The notes: generated by a model not told the origin, from the sequence alone. 64,000 nucleotides of DNA from Gammaproteobacteria bacterium (GCA_028819495.1 JAPPLI010000130.1:28649-92648); one strand, 5' to 3'. Positions 49,654 through 58,325 are shown, numbered from the stretch's first letter. Program-made: numbers and translations.

Positions 49654-49784
49654 TGTCGGATGCGGCCAAAGACCCGATTTTGTGACGTATCCGGGACGCC
49701 ATTCGAGCAAAGGTCGGCTCGGTTTGCTTTGACGATTAGGTATGCGTATAATTATTACACATACATATCTCTTATGAGTAACAT

Positions 49785-50060
49785 ATGGCTAGAGTACAAT
49801 TATTGATTTCAGATGAAGACCGTACCCGGTTCGTTTATCAGGCACACCAGGAAGGTATGTCCCTGAGCGCATGGCTGCGCGCCGCGGCGCGCGAGCGGCT
49901 TGAACGGCAGTCACAGGTCCAGCCGTTCGAGTCCGTTGCAGAGGTTGAAACCTTCTTCGCTCAGTGCGATAAACTGGAACCGGCAGGTACAGAGCCTGGC
50001 TGGGAGCAGCATCTGGCTGTCATGGATGAAGCTCGCAAACGCGGTGCGACAAGTACGTGA
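49785..50060 (+). CDS. Ribbon-helix-helix antitoxin (VapB-like)
   Basis: 91 aa. N-terminal MARVQLLISDEDRTRFVYQAHQEGMSLSAWLRAAARERL is RHH-like. Confidence 0.7.
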   Translation: MARVQLLISDEDRTRFVYQAHQEGMSLSAWLRAAARERLERQSQVQPFESVAEVETFFAQCDKLEPAGTEPGWEQHLAVMDEARKRGATST

Positions 50061-50443
50061 TTTTCATCGATACCAATGTATTCATGTACTCGGTAGGCAG
50101 GGATCACCCGCTCAGGGAGCCTGCCCGCGAGTTTTTCAACGAGGCGCTCCGCATGCAAACGCGCTTGTACACCTCGGCTGAAGTATTACAGGAGCTTGCC
50201 TATTGCTATATCCCCGTCAACCGCACGGCAACTCTCGAAGCGGCAATGTCACTTATTTCCAGGGTAGGTGTGGAGGTGTGGCCCCTGGAAAGTGAAGATG
50301 TATTTCTCGCCTGCCGGCTTCATGAACAGTTTCCGATGCTGGGGGTCAGGGACCTTTGTCACCTGGCCAGTTGTCAGCGACGCGGGGTAAGCCGCATCAA
50401 GACATTCGATCAGACCTTTGCCGCTGTGGCAAACAAATCCTGA
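50057..50443 (+). CDS. vapC: PIN-domain toxin, VapC family (second copy)
   Basis: 128 aa. MIFIDTNVFMY...; overlaps the antitoxin stop. Confidence 0.8.
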   Translation: MIFIDTNVFMYSVGRDHPLREPAREFFNEALRMQTRLYTSAEVLQELAYCYIPVNRTATLEAAMSLISRVGVEVWPLESEDVFLACRLHEQFPMLGVRDLCHLASCQRRGVSRIKTFDQTFAAVANKS

Positions 50444-50562
50444 CATCAGTCTCCCCAATAACCACACAATCGACCCCATTGTATCCAGGATTTTGCCACG
50501 TGCCCGTTTCGTGCTATCTTCATGTCCACGGCCAGGAAACGAAACATTTTGAAACTGTGAAT

Positions 50563-50636
50563 TGGCTGGGGGCAGAGGATTCGAACCTCTACTGGCGGAG
50601 TCAGAGTCCGCTGTCCTGCCGTTAGACGAGCCCCCA
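50563..50636 (-). tRNA. tRNA-Gln (anticodon CUG)
   Basis: Folded by hand. Acceptor UGGGGGC/GCCCCCA with U1-A72 and discriminator G73 (glutamine identity features); D stem GUCU/GGAC; anticodon stem GCGGA/UCCGC with loop CUCUGAC; T arm AGAGG-UUCGAAU-CCUCU; encoded CCA. Confidence 0.9.
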
Positions 50637-50700
50637 TCTGCACGAGGCTTCCTATTATAACAAGAGAAAGGGGACAGATTTAAGTCTGTCCCTTTCTACC

Positions 50701-50805
50701 CGTCATACCAGCCAGGGAATGGCCGGTATCCAGGAACAGGGATGTGTAATGTGTCGCCGGAGGCGACTCTCTTCTTACTGGATTCCGGCATTCGCCGGAA
50801 TGACG
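50701..50805. repeat. Type-3 repeat (~100 bp; cgtcat...atccag / ctggat...atgacg arms around a gtgtcgcc..ggcgac hairpin)
   Basis: cgtcataccagccagggaatggccggtatccag...gtgtcgccggaggcgac...ctggattccggcattcgccggaatgacg. Related copies at 56892-56986 and 59228-59323. Confidence 0.8.
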
Positions 50806-50824
50806 AACGAGGAGCAGCATTGTC

Positions 50825-51502
50825 ATGACTGAAGGAAAAAAAATAGCCATTCTCGGCGGTACCGGCAACCTGGGATACGGCCTGGCCTGGCGCTGGGCGC
50901 GGGCCGGGCACGAGGTCATTATCGGTTCAAGGGTTGCGGAGAAGGCGCAGAATGCGGCCTCCGAACTCAACAAGAAGCCCGGCGCCGGTTCCATTACGGG
51001 GACTGATAATCTCAGCGCGACGCGACAGGCGGAAGTCGTGACGCTGACCGTCCCTTTTGCCGCCCATGCAGCCACCCTGGAGAGCATCCTGCCGGGCCTG
51101 AACGGGCAGGTCCTGATAGACACCACGGTGCCCCTCATCCCGCCGAAGGTGGCAGTGGTCCAGTTGCCGGAAGCCGGGAGTGCCGCCGTCATCACGCGCG
51201 AGACAGTGGGTGACCGGGCGAGAGTCACAGCGGCGTACCACAACGTGGCCGCCAACCTGCTGGAACAGGACGTGGAGATAGATTGCGACATCCTGGTGAC
51301 CGGCGACGACCCGGAAACCCGCAGGGAAGTGATGCAACTGGTGGAAGACAGCGGTTGCAGGGCCATCAATGCCGGGAAGCTGGCCAACGCCGCGGCTGCC
51401 GAAGCCCTGACCAGCCTGCTGATCCATATCAACCGGGCTTACAAGACCCCCCATTCCGGCATCCGCATCACCGGCATCGATGAAATTTCGGGGTCAGAGT
51501 AA
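50825..51502 (+). CDS. npdG: NADPH-dependent F420 reductase family protein
   Basis: 225 aa. Rossmann motif IAILGGTGNLGYGLAWRWARAGHEVIIGSR is typical of NpdG/Fno. Its last codons GSE-stop are supplied by a type-1 repeat. Confidence 0.7.
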   Translation: MTEGKKIAILGGTGNLGYGLAWRWARAGHEVIIGSRVAEKAQNAASELNKKPGAGSITGTDNLSATRQAEVVTLTVPFAAHAATLESILPGLNGQVLIDTTVPLIPPKVAVVQLPEAGSAAVITRETVGDRARVTAAYHNVAANLLEQDVEIDCDILVTGDDPETRREVMQLVEDSGCRAINAGKLANAAAAEALTSLLIHINRAYKTPHSGIRITGIDEISGSE

Positions 51503-51532
51503 AAATTCTGACGAATTTCTTACTCTGACCCC
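51490..51532. repeat. Type-1 palindromic repeat
   Basis: ggggtcagagtaaaaattctgacgaatttcttactctgacccc, the exact reverse complement of the copy at 58273-58315. Confidence 0.9.
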
Positions 51533-51550
51533 TGGCTTTATATTCGAAAC

Positions 51551-52186
51551 ATGTGGGTGATCATCCCCGTAAAACGGCTGGAGCACTCCAAGTTGCGGCT
51601 TGCCGGTGTATTGACACCGGATCAACGCCGGCAACTCAGCTTGCGCATGCTGGAAGACATTCTCGGCGTCCTGGCCGGTTCATCCCCGGTCGGCGGCGTT
51701 ACGGTGGTCAGTTGCGATACGGATGTCATGGAGTTGGCGCGCGCAAAAGGCGTTGACGTACTCGACACCGGAACCGACGGTGGTTATGCCGCGGACGTTC
51801 TGAAAGGTATAAAACATATCACCGGCAAGAGCGCTCACAAGACACTCATTATCCCCGCCGACGTGCCGGAACTCGAAGAACGGGACCTGGTTTACCTGGA
51901 CCGGGTTCACAGGGAAGGCGTCACCCTGTGCCCCGCCGCCAACGACGGCGGCACCAACGGCTTGGTGTTCACCCCGCCCCTTGCCATGGAATTGAAATAC
52001 GGCGAGAACAGTTTCGAAGAATTCCGCAGGGAAGCGGAACAACGCCGGATACCCTTCAACGTTGTGAAGCCCACCGGCCTGGCCCGGGACATGGACCTGC
52101 CCGACGACCTGCATGCGTTACGAAAACAGTCCGGGGCAAACCGTACCTGGCGTTACCTGCGATCGCTGGAATCGATTGATAGGTGA
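51551..52186 (+). CDS. cofC: 2-phospho-L-lactate/phosphoenolpyruvate guanylyltransferase (CofC/FbiD family)
   Basis: 211 aa. IIPVKRLEHSKLRLAGVL...R..L...ML.D.L and DGGTNGL match the CofC pattern. Confidence 0.7.
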   Translation: MWVIIPVKRLEHSKLRLAGVLTPDQRRQLSLRMLEDILGVLAGSSPVGGVTVVSCDTDVMELARAKGVDVLDTGTDGGYAADVLKGIKHITGKSAHKTLIIPADVPELEERDLVYLDRVHREGVTLCPAANDGGTNGLVFTPPLAMELKYGENSFEEFRREAEQRRIPFNVVKPTGLARDMDLPDDLHALRKQSGANRTWRYLRSLESIDR

Positions 52187-52219
52187 TATACTGAAACAGT
52201 TTTACGACCGGAGGACACC

Positions 52220-52957
52220 ATGGCCGTCATCGACCTGACACTGCCAGTCAATCGCCACATGCAGGGCATCCCGAACCTGCGCGAGTATGAAGAGAATCCC
52301 ACTCGCTGCGTGGTGTTGTCCTGCATGGGAGAAGTGCAGAAAGCATACCTGGAGAGCCGCGACATCGAACTGGACGACAACCTCGAGTTCACCCCGCACA
52401 TGCTGTCCCGGCTGGAGATCCTTACCCATATCGGCACCCATATCGACGCCCCCTGCCATTTCCTGGAGTCCGGCGGCTGGACGGTGGAACAGATCCCCCT
52501 GGAGCACACCATCGGCAAAGGCGTGGTAGTGCCCCTGACGCACCTGAAGGGACGGGAACGCATCACCGCGGACGAGATCATCAGGACCGGTGTGGAGCTC
52601 GATAACAGCGTCATCCCCGTCCTGTACACCGGCTGGACCGAACGGGCCTGGGGCACTGACGAATTCTGGGGCGAATCCATATTCCTGGATACCACCGCGG
52701 CGGAATACATCGTGGAGAAAGGCTGCAAGGCAGTGGCCCTGGACTGCTTCCCCGAGGCGCCGTTCTGGCTCGGCATCGAGGCGGACCAGCCGCCCGGACG
52801 CAACCACAAGACCCTGCTGGGCAACAAGACCATCATCATCCAGTTGCTCACCGACATAGGCAAACTGGCCGGCAGGGAGTTCACCCTGTACGGCATCCCT
52901 CTGCCCCTGGACGGCATGGACGGCTCCCCCGCCAGGGTCTTCGCCATCACCGAATGA
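52220..52957 (+). CDS. Cyclase family protein (kynurenine formamidase-like)
   Basis: 245 aa with the metal motif THIGTHIDAPCHF. Confidence 0.75.
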   Translation: MAVIDLTLPVNRHMQGIPNLREYEENPTRCVVLSCMGEVQKAYLESRDIELDDNLEFTPHMLSRLEILTHIGTHIDAPCHFLESGGWTVEQIPLEHTIGKGVVVPLTHLKGRERITADEIIRTGVELDNSVIPVLYTGWTERAWGTDEFWGESIFLDTTAAEYIVEKGCKAVALDCFPEAPFWLGIEADQPPGRNHKTLLGNKTIIIQLLTDIGKLAGREFTLYGIPLPLDGMDGSPARVFAITE

Positions 52958-52984
52958 CATATTTAAATCATGTCCGACACACAC

Positions 52985-53113
52985 ACAAGGTTTAAGGAAC
53001 TGTTTTGTTGTGCGCTATCCCGGCTCCCAACGGGTCTGGACAAATCTGTCAGGAACAGATTTGGCCACCCGAAGGGTGCCCGAAGGGTGTGCGCCAAGGA
53101 AGGCGCACAGCAA
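52985..53113 (+). other. 129-nt structured inverted-repeat element in the leader of the IOR gene
   Basis: A 21-bp long-range stem (52985-53005 with 53093-53113, one G-U) encloses the hairpin CAAATCTG-tcaggaa-CAGATTTG (53031-53053) and a tandem CCCGAAGGGTG x2 (53058-53079). A local hairpin TGTGCGCC-aaggaa-GGCGCACA (53078-53099) competes with the long stem. Confidence 0.6.
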
Positions 53114-53144
53114 AACAGTTCCTCAACCCGTCTCGATCTATCCA

Positions 53145-56100
53145 ATGGCTGAGCGTTCCTTCGCAAAGGAGGTACAAATGCTCCGTCTGGGAGACGGCGA
53201 CGAACTGCATGGGGAGGGCATCCTCGCGGTGACCAAGGCCCTGCTGCAATCCGGTGTCTCCTATATCGGCGGCTACCAGGGGTCCCCCATCAGCCACCTG
53301 ATCGACGTTTTTTCCGATTCCAGGGAGACCCTGGAAGAACTGGGCGTCCACTTCGAGCAGTCCGCCAGTGAGGCGGCTGCGGCCTCCATGCTGGCCGCCT
53401 CGATCAATTATCCGCTGCGCGGCGCGGTGGCCTGGAAATCCACCGTCGGCACCAACGTGGCCTCGGACGCGCTGGCCAACGTAGCCTCCGCCGGGGTCAG
53501 GGGCGGCGCGCTCATCATCATCGGGGAGGATTACGGCGAAGGCGCGTCCATCATGCAGGAACGGTCCCATGCCTTTGCCATGAAATCCCAGATGTGGTTG
53601 CTCGACCCTAGACCCAACCTGAACGACATTGCCGGGATAGTCGAGAAGGGTTTTGAATTGTCCGAAGCGTCATCCACACCCGTGATGCTGCAACTGCGGG
53701 TGCGGGCCTGCCACGTCCACGGCGTATTGAATACCAAAGACAACAGGCGCCCGGCATTTACCGTGACCGATGCCCTGGACGACCCGGCGCGGGACGTGGA
53801 GCGCATCGTCCTGCCCCCGTTCAACTATCAACATGAGACGGAAAAAACCGAACAACGCTGGCCGGCGGCGCTGAAATTCATAGAGGAGAACAGCCTGAAC
53901 GACGTGATAGAGGGCCGCTTCAAGGATATCGGTATTATCGTCCCCGGCGGCCTCTACAACACCCTGAACCGGGCCATGGAGCACATGGGATGTTCCGATG
54001 TGTTCGGCAATAACACCATCCCCATGTATATCCTGAACGTAGCTTATCCCCTGGTCGATGCGGAGGTAGTGCGTTTCTGTGGTGACAAAAAGGCGGTGCT
54101 GTTGGTGGAGGAAGGCCAGCCGGACTACCTGGAACAGAACATCAACACCATCCTGAGACGCCACGACGTGCAGGCCCGGGTGCACGGCAAGGACGTGTTT
54201 GCCATGGCCGGGGAGTACACCTGCCAGTTGATGGAGGAAGGGCTGCGCAAATTCCTGGCGCGCTGGGAACCCGGCGCGGCTACCGTTCCGCCGTTGGAAA
54301 AGACCAACGGCGCGAACCGGGAAGAACTGGCGCAACTGGTGCCCCAACGGCCGTCCGGCCTGTGTACCGGATGCCCGGAACGCCCGTTCTTCTCCGCGGT
54401 CAAGCTGCTGGAGAAGGAATTCGGCAAACTGCAGGTGAGCATGGACATCGGCTGCCATTCCTTCGCCACGGTCGCCCCCTTTAACATCGGCAACACCATC
54501 ACCGGCTACGGCCTGGGCCCGTCCAGCGCCTCGGCCCTGATGGTGCCCCACGAAAAACGCGCGATGAGCATCATGGGCGACGGCGGATTCTGGCACAACG
54601 GCCTTGCCACCGGAGTCGGCAACGCGGTGGAAAACGAGCATGACGGCATCATCGTGGTGGTCGATAACGGTTATTCCGCGGCAACGGGGGGGCAGTGGAT
54701 CCCGTCATCAAAGGCCGATGCGGAAAGGCGCCAGTACCGGGTGTCCATCGTCGATGCGCTCAAAGGCGCGGGCGTGAGATGGATCAGGAAAGTCCATACC
54801 TACAATATCCAGGAATCCCTGCATGCCCTGAGAGAGGCCATGACCACCAGGGACAAGGGTCCGAAACTCATCGTGGCAGAAGGAGAATGCCAGCTTAACC
54901 GGCAGCGGCGCATCAGGCCGCAGGTAAGAAACCTGCTTAAACAAAAGAAACGCTACGTGCGGGAGCGCTTCGGTATTGATGAAGACACCTGCACCGGCGA
55001 TCATTCCTGCATCAGGCTGTCCGGTTGCCCGTCGCTGACCATCAAGGACAACCCCGACCCCCTGAGAAAGGATCCGGTAGCAACCGTCGTCAACAGTTGT
55101 GTCGGGTGCGGCGTCTGCGGCGAGGTGGCCCATGCCGCGGTACTGTGCCCGTCGTTTTACAAGGCCGATATCGTCTATAACCCCAACCTTGCCGACAGGG
55201 CATTGGCGGCCTTCCGTTCGTTCGTCATAGGCAGGCTGCAGGCCTGGTCGGACCTGCTCCGCCGCAGACGGACCATTGCAACGACAGACCCTGCCGGAGC
55301 GGGACAGGAAGGTCATTCCGACTCCCTGCCAGTGTGGAAGCAGGAGAAAATTAACCGGGAGGGCGCAGATGCCCCACAGGCAGGACAGATCGAACCCATC
55401 AAGATCGCCATCCTGGCCATGGGCGGGCAGGGCGGCGGCGTGCTCAGCAACTGGCTGATCCAGGTGGCTGAGCGTTCCGGTTACCTGGCGCAATCCACCT
55501 CCGTGCCCGGCGTTGCCCAGCGCACCGGGGCGACCGTTTACTACCTGGAGTTCTTCCCGCGGGATGCGGTCGGGGATGACCCGGCGGTGCTGGCTCTTAT
55601 GCCGGTGCCCGGGCGCGTGGACCTGGTCATCGCCGGCGAACTCATTGAGGGCGGGCGCGCCGTGTTGCGGGGTCTGATCACACCGGACCGCACCACCGCG
55701 CTGGTGTCCACCCACCGGGATTACGCCATCGGGGAGAAAACCGCACTGGGCGATGGGCGGGCGAATACCGACAGGATCATGGAAGCCGTGACGGAAAATG
55801 CCAGGCGCTTCATCGGTTTCGACATGGATGTGCTGGCCGGTCGGACAGGCAGCGTCATCAGTTCAGTGTTGCTGGGCGCGGCCGCCGGTTCCGGCGCCCT
55901 GCCGTTCAGCCGGGAAGCCTTTACCGAGATCATCACCGAGGGAGGTGTCGCGGTTGAGGCCAACCTGAAAGGGTTTGACGCAGGCTATGCGCACGCACAG
56001 AAGCAGCAGGAACAACAGGAGCGGCCGCCGGCCCACGCAGCCGGAAGGGGACGGACTTCAAGTCCGTCCCCCTGCCAGACCCTGCTGGACCGGGTCCGGG

Positions 56101-56879
56101 CTGAGTTCCCGCCGCAAACCCATGAGATCATCCGGGCAGCCGCAAGCAAACTGGCGGATTACCAGGACGTCCGTTACGCCAATCAGTATCTGGACAGGCT
56201 GCAACCCGTCCTGCGGGCGGATCGTGCCGACCGGGACTACCTGTTGACCGTTGAGACCGCCCGTTACCTGGCGCTCTCGATGGCTTACGAAGACGCGATC
56301 CGGGTGGCGGACCTGAAAATACGCTCCACGCGCTTTGACAGGGTGAGAAAAGAAGTACAGGCGGAGCAGGGCCAGGTCGTGACTTGGCAGGAATTCATGC
56401 ACCCCAGGGTGCAGGAGCTGTGCGACATCATGCCTGCCTGGAAGGGTGCCCTGCACATGAAAATCCCGTTATTGAGGAATTTCATAGGCCTGTTTTGCGG
56501 ACGCGGCAGGAAGATCAACACCACCAGCCTGTCCGGCTTCGTGTTGCTTTACCTGCTTGCCGGACTGCGGGTCACGCGCCGTGGGACTCTGCGTTATAAA
56601 ACGGAAACCGTTGCCCTGGATCAATGGCTGGCCGCTGTGCTGTCCTGCGCCGCTGCCGATTACGACCTGGCCGTGGAAGTGGCAGAATGCCGGCGCCTGG
56701 TAAAAGGCTATGGCGAGACCCACGAGAGGGGAGTGGCGAACTTCAACCGCATCATGGAGGCGCTGGACAGCCTGCGCAACCAGCCGAACGCGGCGACAAA
56801 GATCAGGGAATTACGGGATGCGGCGCTGGCGGATGAGCAGGGGGAGGCCCTGGAGGCTACCCTGCAGAAAGTTGCCTGA
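53145..56879 (+). CDS. Indolepyruvate:ferredoxin oxidoreductase family protein (fused alpha/beta)
   Basis: Start at MAERSF (ATG 53145); the ORF-track start at 53010 lies inside the palindromic leader. TPP motif MGDGGFWHNG, Cys clusters CTGDHSCIRLSGCPS and CVGCGVCGEVAHAAVLCPS, and a C-terminal IorB-like region. Confidence 0.85.
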   Translation: MAERSFAKEVQMLRLGDGDELHGEGILAVTKALLQSGVSYIGGYQGSPISHLIDVFSDSRETLEELGVHFEQSASEAAAASMLAASINYPLRGAVAWKSTVGTNVASDALANVASAGVRGGALIIIGEDYGEGASIMQERSHAFAMKSQMWLLDPRPNLNDIAGIVEKGFELSEASSTPVMLQLRVRACHVHGVLNTKDNRRPAFTVTDALDDPARDVERIVLPPFNYQHETEKTEQRWPAALKFIEENSLNDVIEGRFKDIGIIVPGGLYNTLNRAMEHMGCSDVFGNNTIPMYILNVAYPLVDAEVVRFCGDKKAVLLVEEGQPDYLEQNINTILRRHDVQARVHGKDVFAMAGEYTCQLMEEGLRKFLARWEPGAATVPPLEKTNGANREELAQLVPQRPSGLCTGCPERPFFSAVKLLEKEFGKLQVSMDIGCHSFATVAPFNIGNTITGYGLGPSSASALMVPHEKRAMSIMGDGGFWHNGLATGVGNAVENEHDGIIVVVDNGYSAATGGQWIPSSKADAERRQYRVSIVDALKGAGVRWIRKVHTYNIQESLHALREAMTTRDKGPKLIVAEGECQLNRQRRIRPQVRNLLKQKKRYVRERFGIDEDTCTGDHSCIRLSGCPSLTIKDNPDPLRKDPVATVVNSCVGCGVCGEVAHAAVLCPSFYKADIVYNPNLADRALAAFRSFVIGRLQAWSDLLRRRRTIATTDPAGAGQEGHSDSLPVWKQEKINREGADAPQAGQIEPIKIAILAMGGQGGGVLSNWLIQVAERSGYLAQSTSVPGVAQRTGATVYYLEFFPRDAVGDDPAVLALMPVPGRVDLVIAGELIEGGRAVLRGLITPDRTTALVSTHRDYAIGEKTALGDGRANTDRIMEAVTENARRFIGFDMDVLAGRTGSVISSVLLGAAAGSGALPFSREAFTEIITEGGVAVEANLKGFDAGYAHAQKQQEQQERPPAHAAGRGRTSSPSPCQTLLDRVRAEFPPQTHEIIRAAASKLADYQDVRYANQYLDRLQPVLRADRADRDYLLTVETARYLALSMAYEDAIRVADLKIRSTRFDRVRKEVQAEQGQVVTWQEFMHPRVQELCDIMPAWKGALHMKIPLLRNFIGLFCGRGRKINTTSLSGFVLLYLLAGLRVTRRGTLRYKTETVALDQWLAAVLSCAAADYDLAVEVAECRRLVKGYGETHERGVANFNRIMEALDSLRNQPNAATKIRELRDAALADEQGEALEATLQKVA

Positions 56880-56891
56880 TATTGCCTTGTT

Positions 56892-56986
56892 CGTCATGCC
56901 GGGCTTGACCCGGCATCCAGTGAAATATTGTGTCGCCTGAAAGGCGACCCTTTACTCACTGGATTCCCGCCTGCGCGGGAATGACG
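56892..56986. repeat. Type-3 repeat
   Basis: cgtcatgccgggcttgacccggcatccagtg...gtgtcgcctgaaaggcgac...actggattcccgcctgcgcgggaatgacg. Supplies the last ~12 codons (SSFPRRRESSE) and the stop of the DUF2784 gene. Confidence 0.85.
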
Positions 56987-57377
56987 ATGGCGGCGCCAGG
57001 TACCAGGCCAGGACCACCAGCGCGCCGAATACGGTATAACATAGCGTAAATACCCAGGCTTCCGCCTGGTAGAAGATCAACTTGTGCAGCCAGTGCTGGA
57101 TGAACGAACCGGCGTAGGTTGCTTCGCCGGCTTTGTCCCGCAGGCTATTTTCCCAGATCGTCAACGGGCAGATTATATTCAACCAGGCCTGTATGACCAC
57201 GACGCCTATTGCGCCCAGATGAATGAAACGGAACCAGGGATTCCTGATCCAGCGCCACCCCCTGACCAGGCCGGCGATAATGAATATCAGCCCGAAAACC
57301 ACAAAGGCGATAAACAGGGCGTGAATAATCAGCAACCCGTCGGCGGCAAGCAGTAACCAGGTCGGGGACAGCGTCAC
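56952..57377 (-). CDS. DUF2784-like small membrane protein
   Basis: 141 aa with 4 TM segments and the CPLTIWENSLR motif. GTG start 1 nt after the gloB stop. Confidence 0.55.
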   Translation of the reverse strand: MTLSPTWLLLAADGLLIIHALFIAFVVFGLIFIIAGLVRGWRWIRNPWFRFIHLGAIGVVVIQAWLNIICPLTIWENSLRDKAGEATYAGSFIQHWLHKLIFYQAEAWVFTLCYTVFGALVVLAWYLAPPSSFPRRRESSE

Positions 57378-57378
57378 C

Positions 57379-58170
57379 TTACCAGCTGTTTCTTATCTCC
57401 CGCAACTTCAGGAAGACCGTTTTTTCGTCGGGTTCGGCAGGCAGATCGGGGAAATCTTCGCGCAGTTTCTCTATGACTTCCGGGTTTCTCAGGCGGAAGA
57501 AGGTGTTGACGGTTTTTTCCATTCCAAGGGTGGTGACCAGGGCGTCATCCGGGTCCTGGTCGATCAACTCATCCCTTAATGACCGGGCGTCTGAATTGCC
57601 GGGCTCCCTGCTCAGGGTGAACTGCAGGTTGTTGATGATGTAGTCATGGCCGGGATAAACCAGGGTATCATCGGGCAGGAGTGCCAGTTGGCCGGAAAAA
57701 GTCAGGTACAATTCGTTCGGGTGCCCGCCGTTATGGCAGTTACCCGCTCCCGCGTTGAACAAGGTATCCCCGCAGAACAGGGCAGGCTGGTCCGTATGGG
57801 ACAGCAGGCAGATGTGGCTCATGGTATGACCCGGCGTATCCAGCGCTTCCAGTTCCACGGTCCTGCCGACTTTAATGACGTCACCCGCGGACAACGGCCT
57901 GTCTATCCCGACAATCCTGTCCCTGGCATTTTTATGGGCGAGCAACTGCGCGCCCGTCGCGTCTATCATTGCGGCATTGCCGCCCGTGTGGTCATGGTGT
58001 TCGTGGGTATTCAGCACCTGGGTGATTTCCCAGCCCTGGTCCTGGGCGTGCAGCAAGCATTTTTCGTGGTCCAGGGGGTCGATGGCCAGCGCCTCGCCGG
58101 TGTCAGGGCAGGCGATGAGGTAATTGAAGTTGCGCCAGTCGTTGCCCGTCCATACCTGTTCGACAATCAT
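57379..58170 (-). CDS. gloB: Hydroxyacylglutathione hydrolase (glyoxalase II, MBL fold)
   Basis: Start at MIVEQV (ATG 58168-58170, AGGA upstream). Metal motif THEHHDHTGG, and the C-terminal HAGH-like ...FLKLREIRNSW. Confidence 0.85.
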   Translation of the reverse strand: MIVEQVWTGNDWRNFNYLIACPDTGEALAIDPLDHEKCLLHAQDQGWEITQVLNTHEHHDHTGGNAAMIDATGAQLLAHKNARDRIVGIDRPLSAGDVIKVGRTVELEALDTPGHTMSHICLLSHTDQPALFCGDTLFNAGAGNCHNGGHPNELYLTFSGQLALLPDDTLVYPGHDYIINNLQFTLSREPGNSDARSLRDELIDQDPDDALVTTLGMEKTVNTFFRLRNPEVIEKLREDFPDLPAEPDEKTVFLKLREIRNSW

Positions 58171-58220
58171 CGTTATTCCTCGCTGTGACGCCTGTGGCTC
58201 ATACCCTCGTAAGTTTAACC

Positions 58221-58267
58221 CCAAAAATACAGGACACCCAAGTTAATTATATGGGTGTCCTGTATTT
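58221..58267 (-). terminator. Putative intrinsic terminator after the bkd operon
   Basis: Perfect 15-bp stem (58225-58239 with 58253-58267) and a 13-nt loop, followed on the minus strand by a U-run (uuuuu). Confidence 0.5.
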
Positions 58268-58272
58268 CCTTT

Positions 58273-58315
58273 GGGGTCAGAGTAAGAAATTCGTCAGAAT
58301 TTTTACTCTGACCCC
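58273..58315. repeat. Type-1 palindromic repeat
   Basis: ggggtcagagtaagaaattcgtcagaatttttactctgacccc. Confidence 0.9.
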
Positions 58316-58325
58316 GAAAATCTGA

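Larger units (their letters stand above)
46712..50636. mobile_element. Integrase-less genomic islet in tRNA-Gln (type II R-M + 2 TA modules)
   Basis: Bounded by the intact tRNA-Gln (50563-50636) and its 44-bp 3' duplicate (46712-46755), with 3,807 bp of cargo between them. No integrase or excisionase ORF is visible. Confidence 0.75.

Noticed and set aside
52963-53166. Mirror-image 60-67 aa ORFs on both strands upstream of IOR.
   Set aside because: Both are generated by the same inverted repeat (…ELFCCA… on each strand), so they are artefacts of a palindromic element rather than genes.
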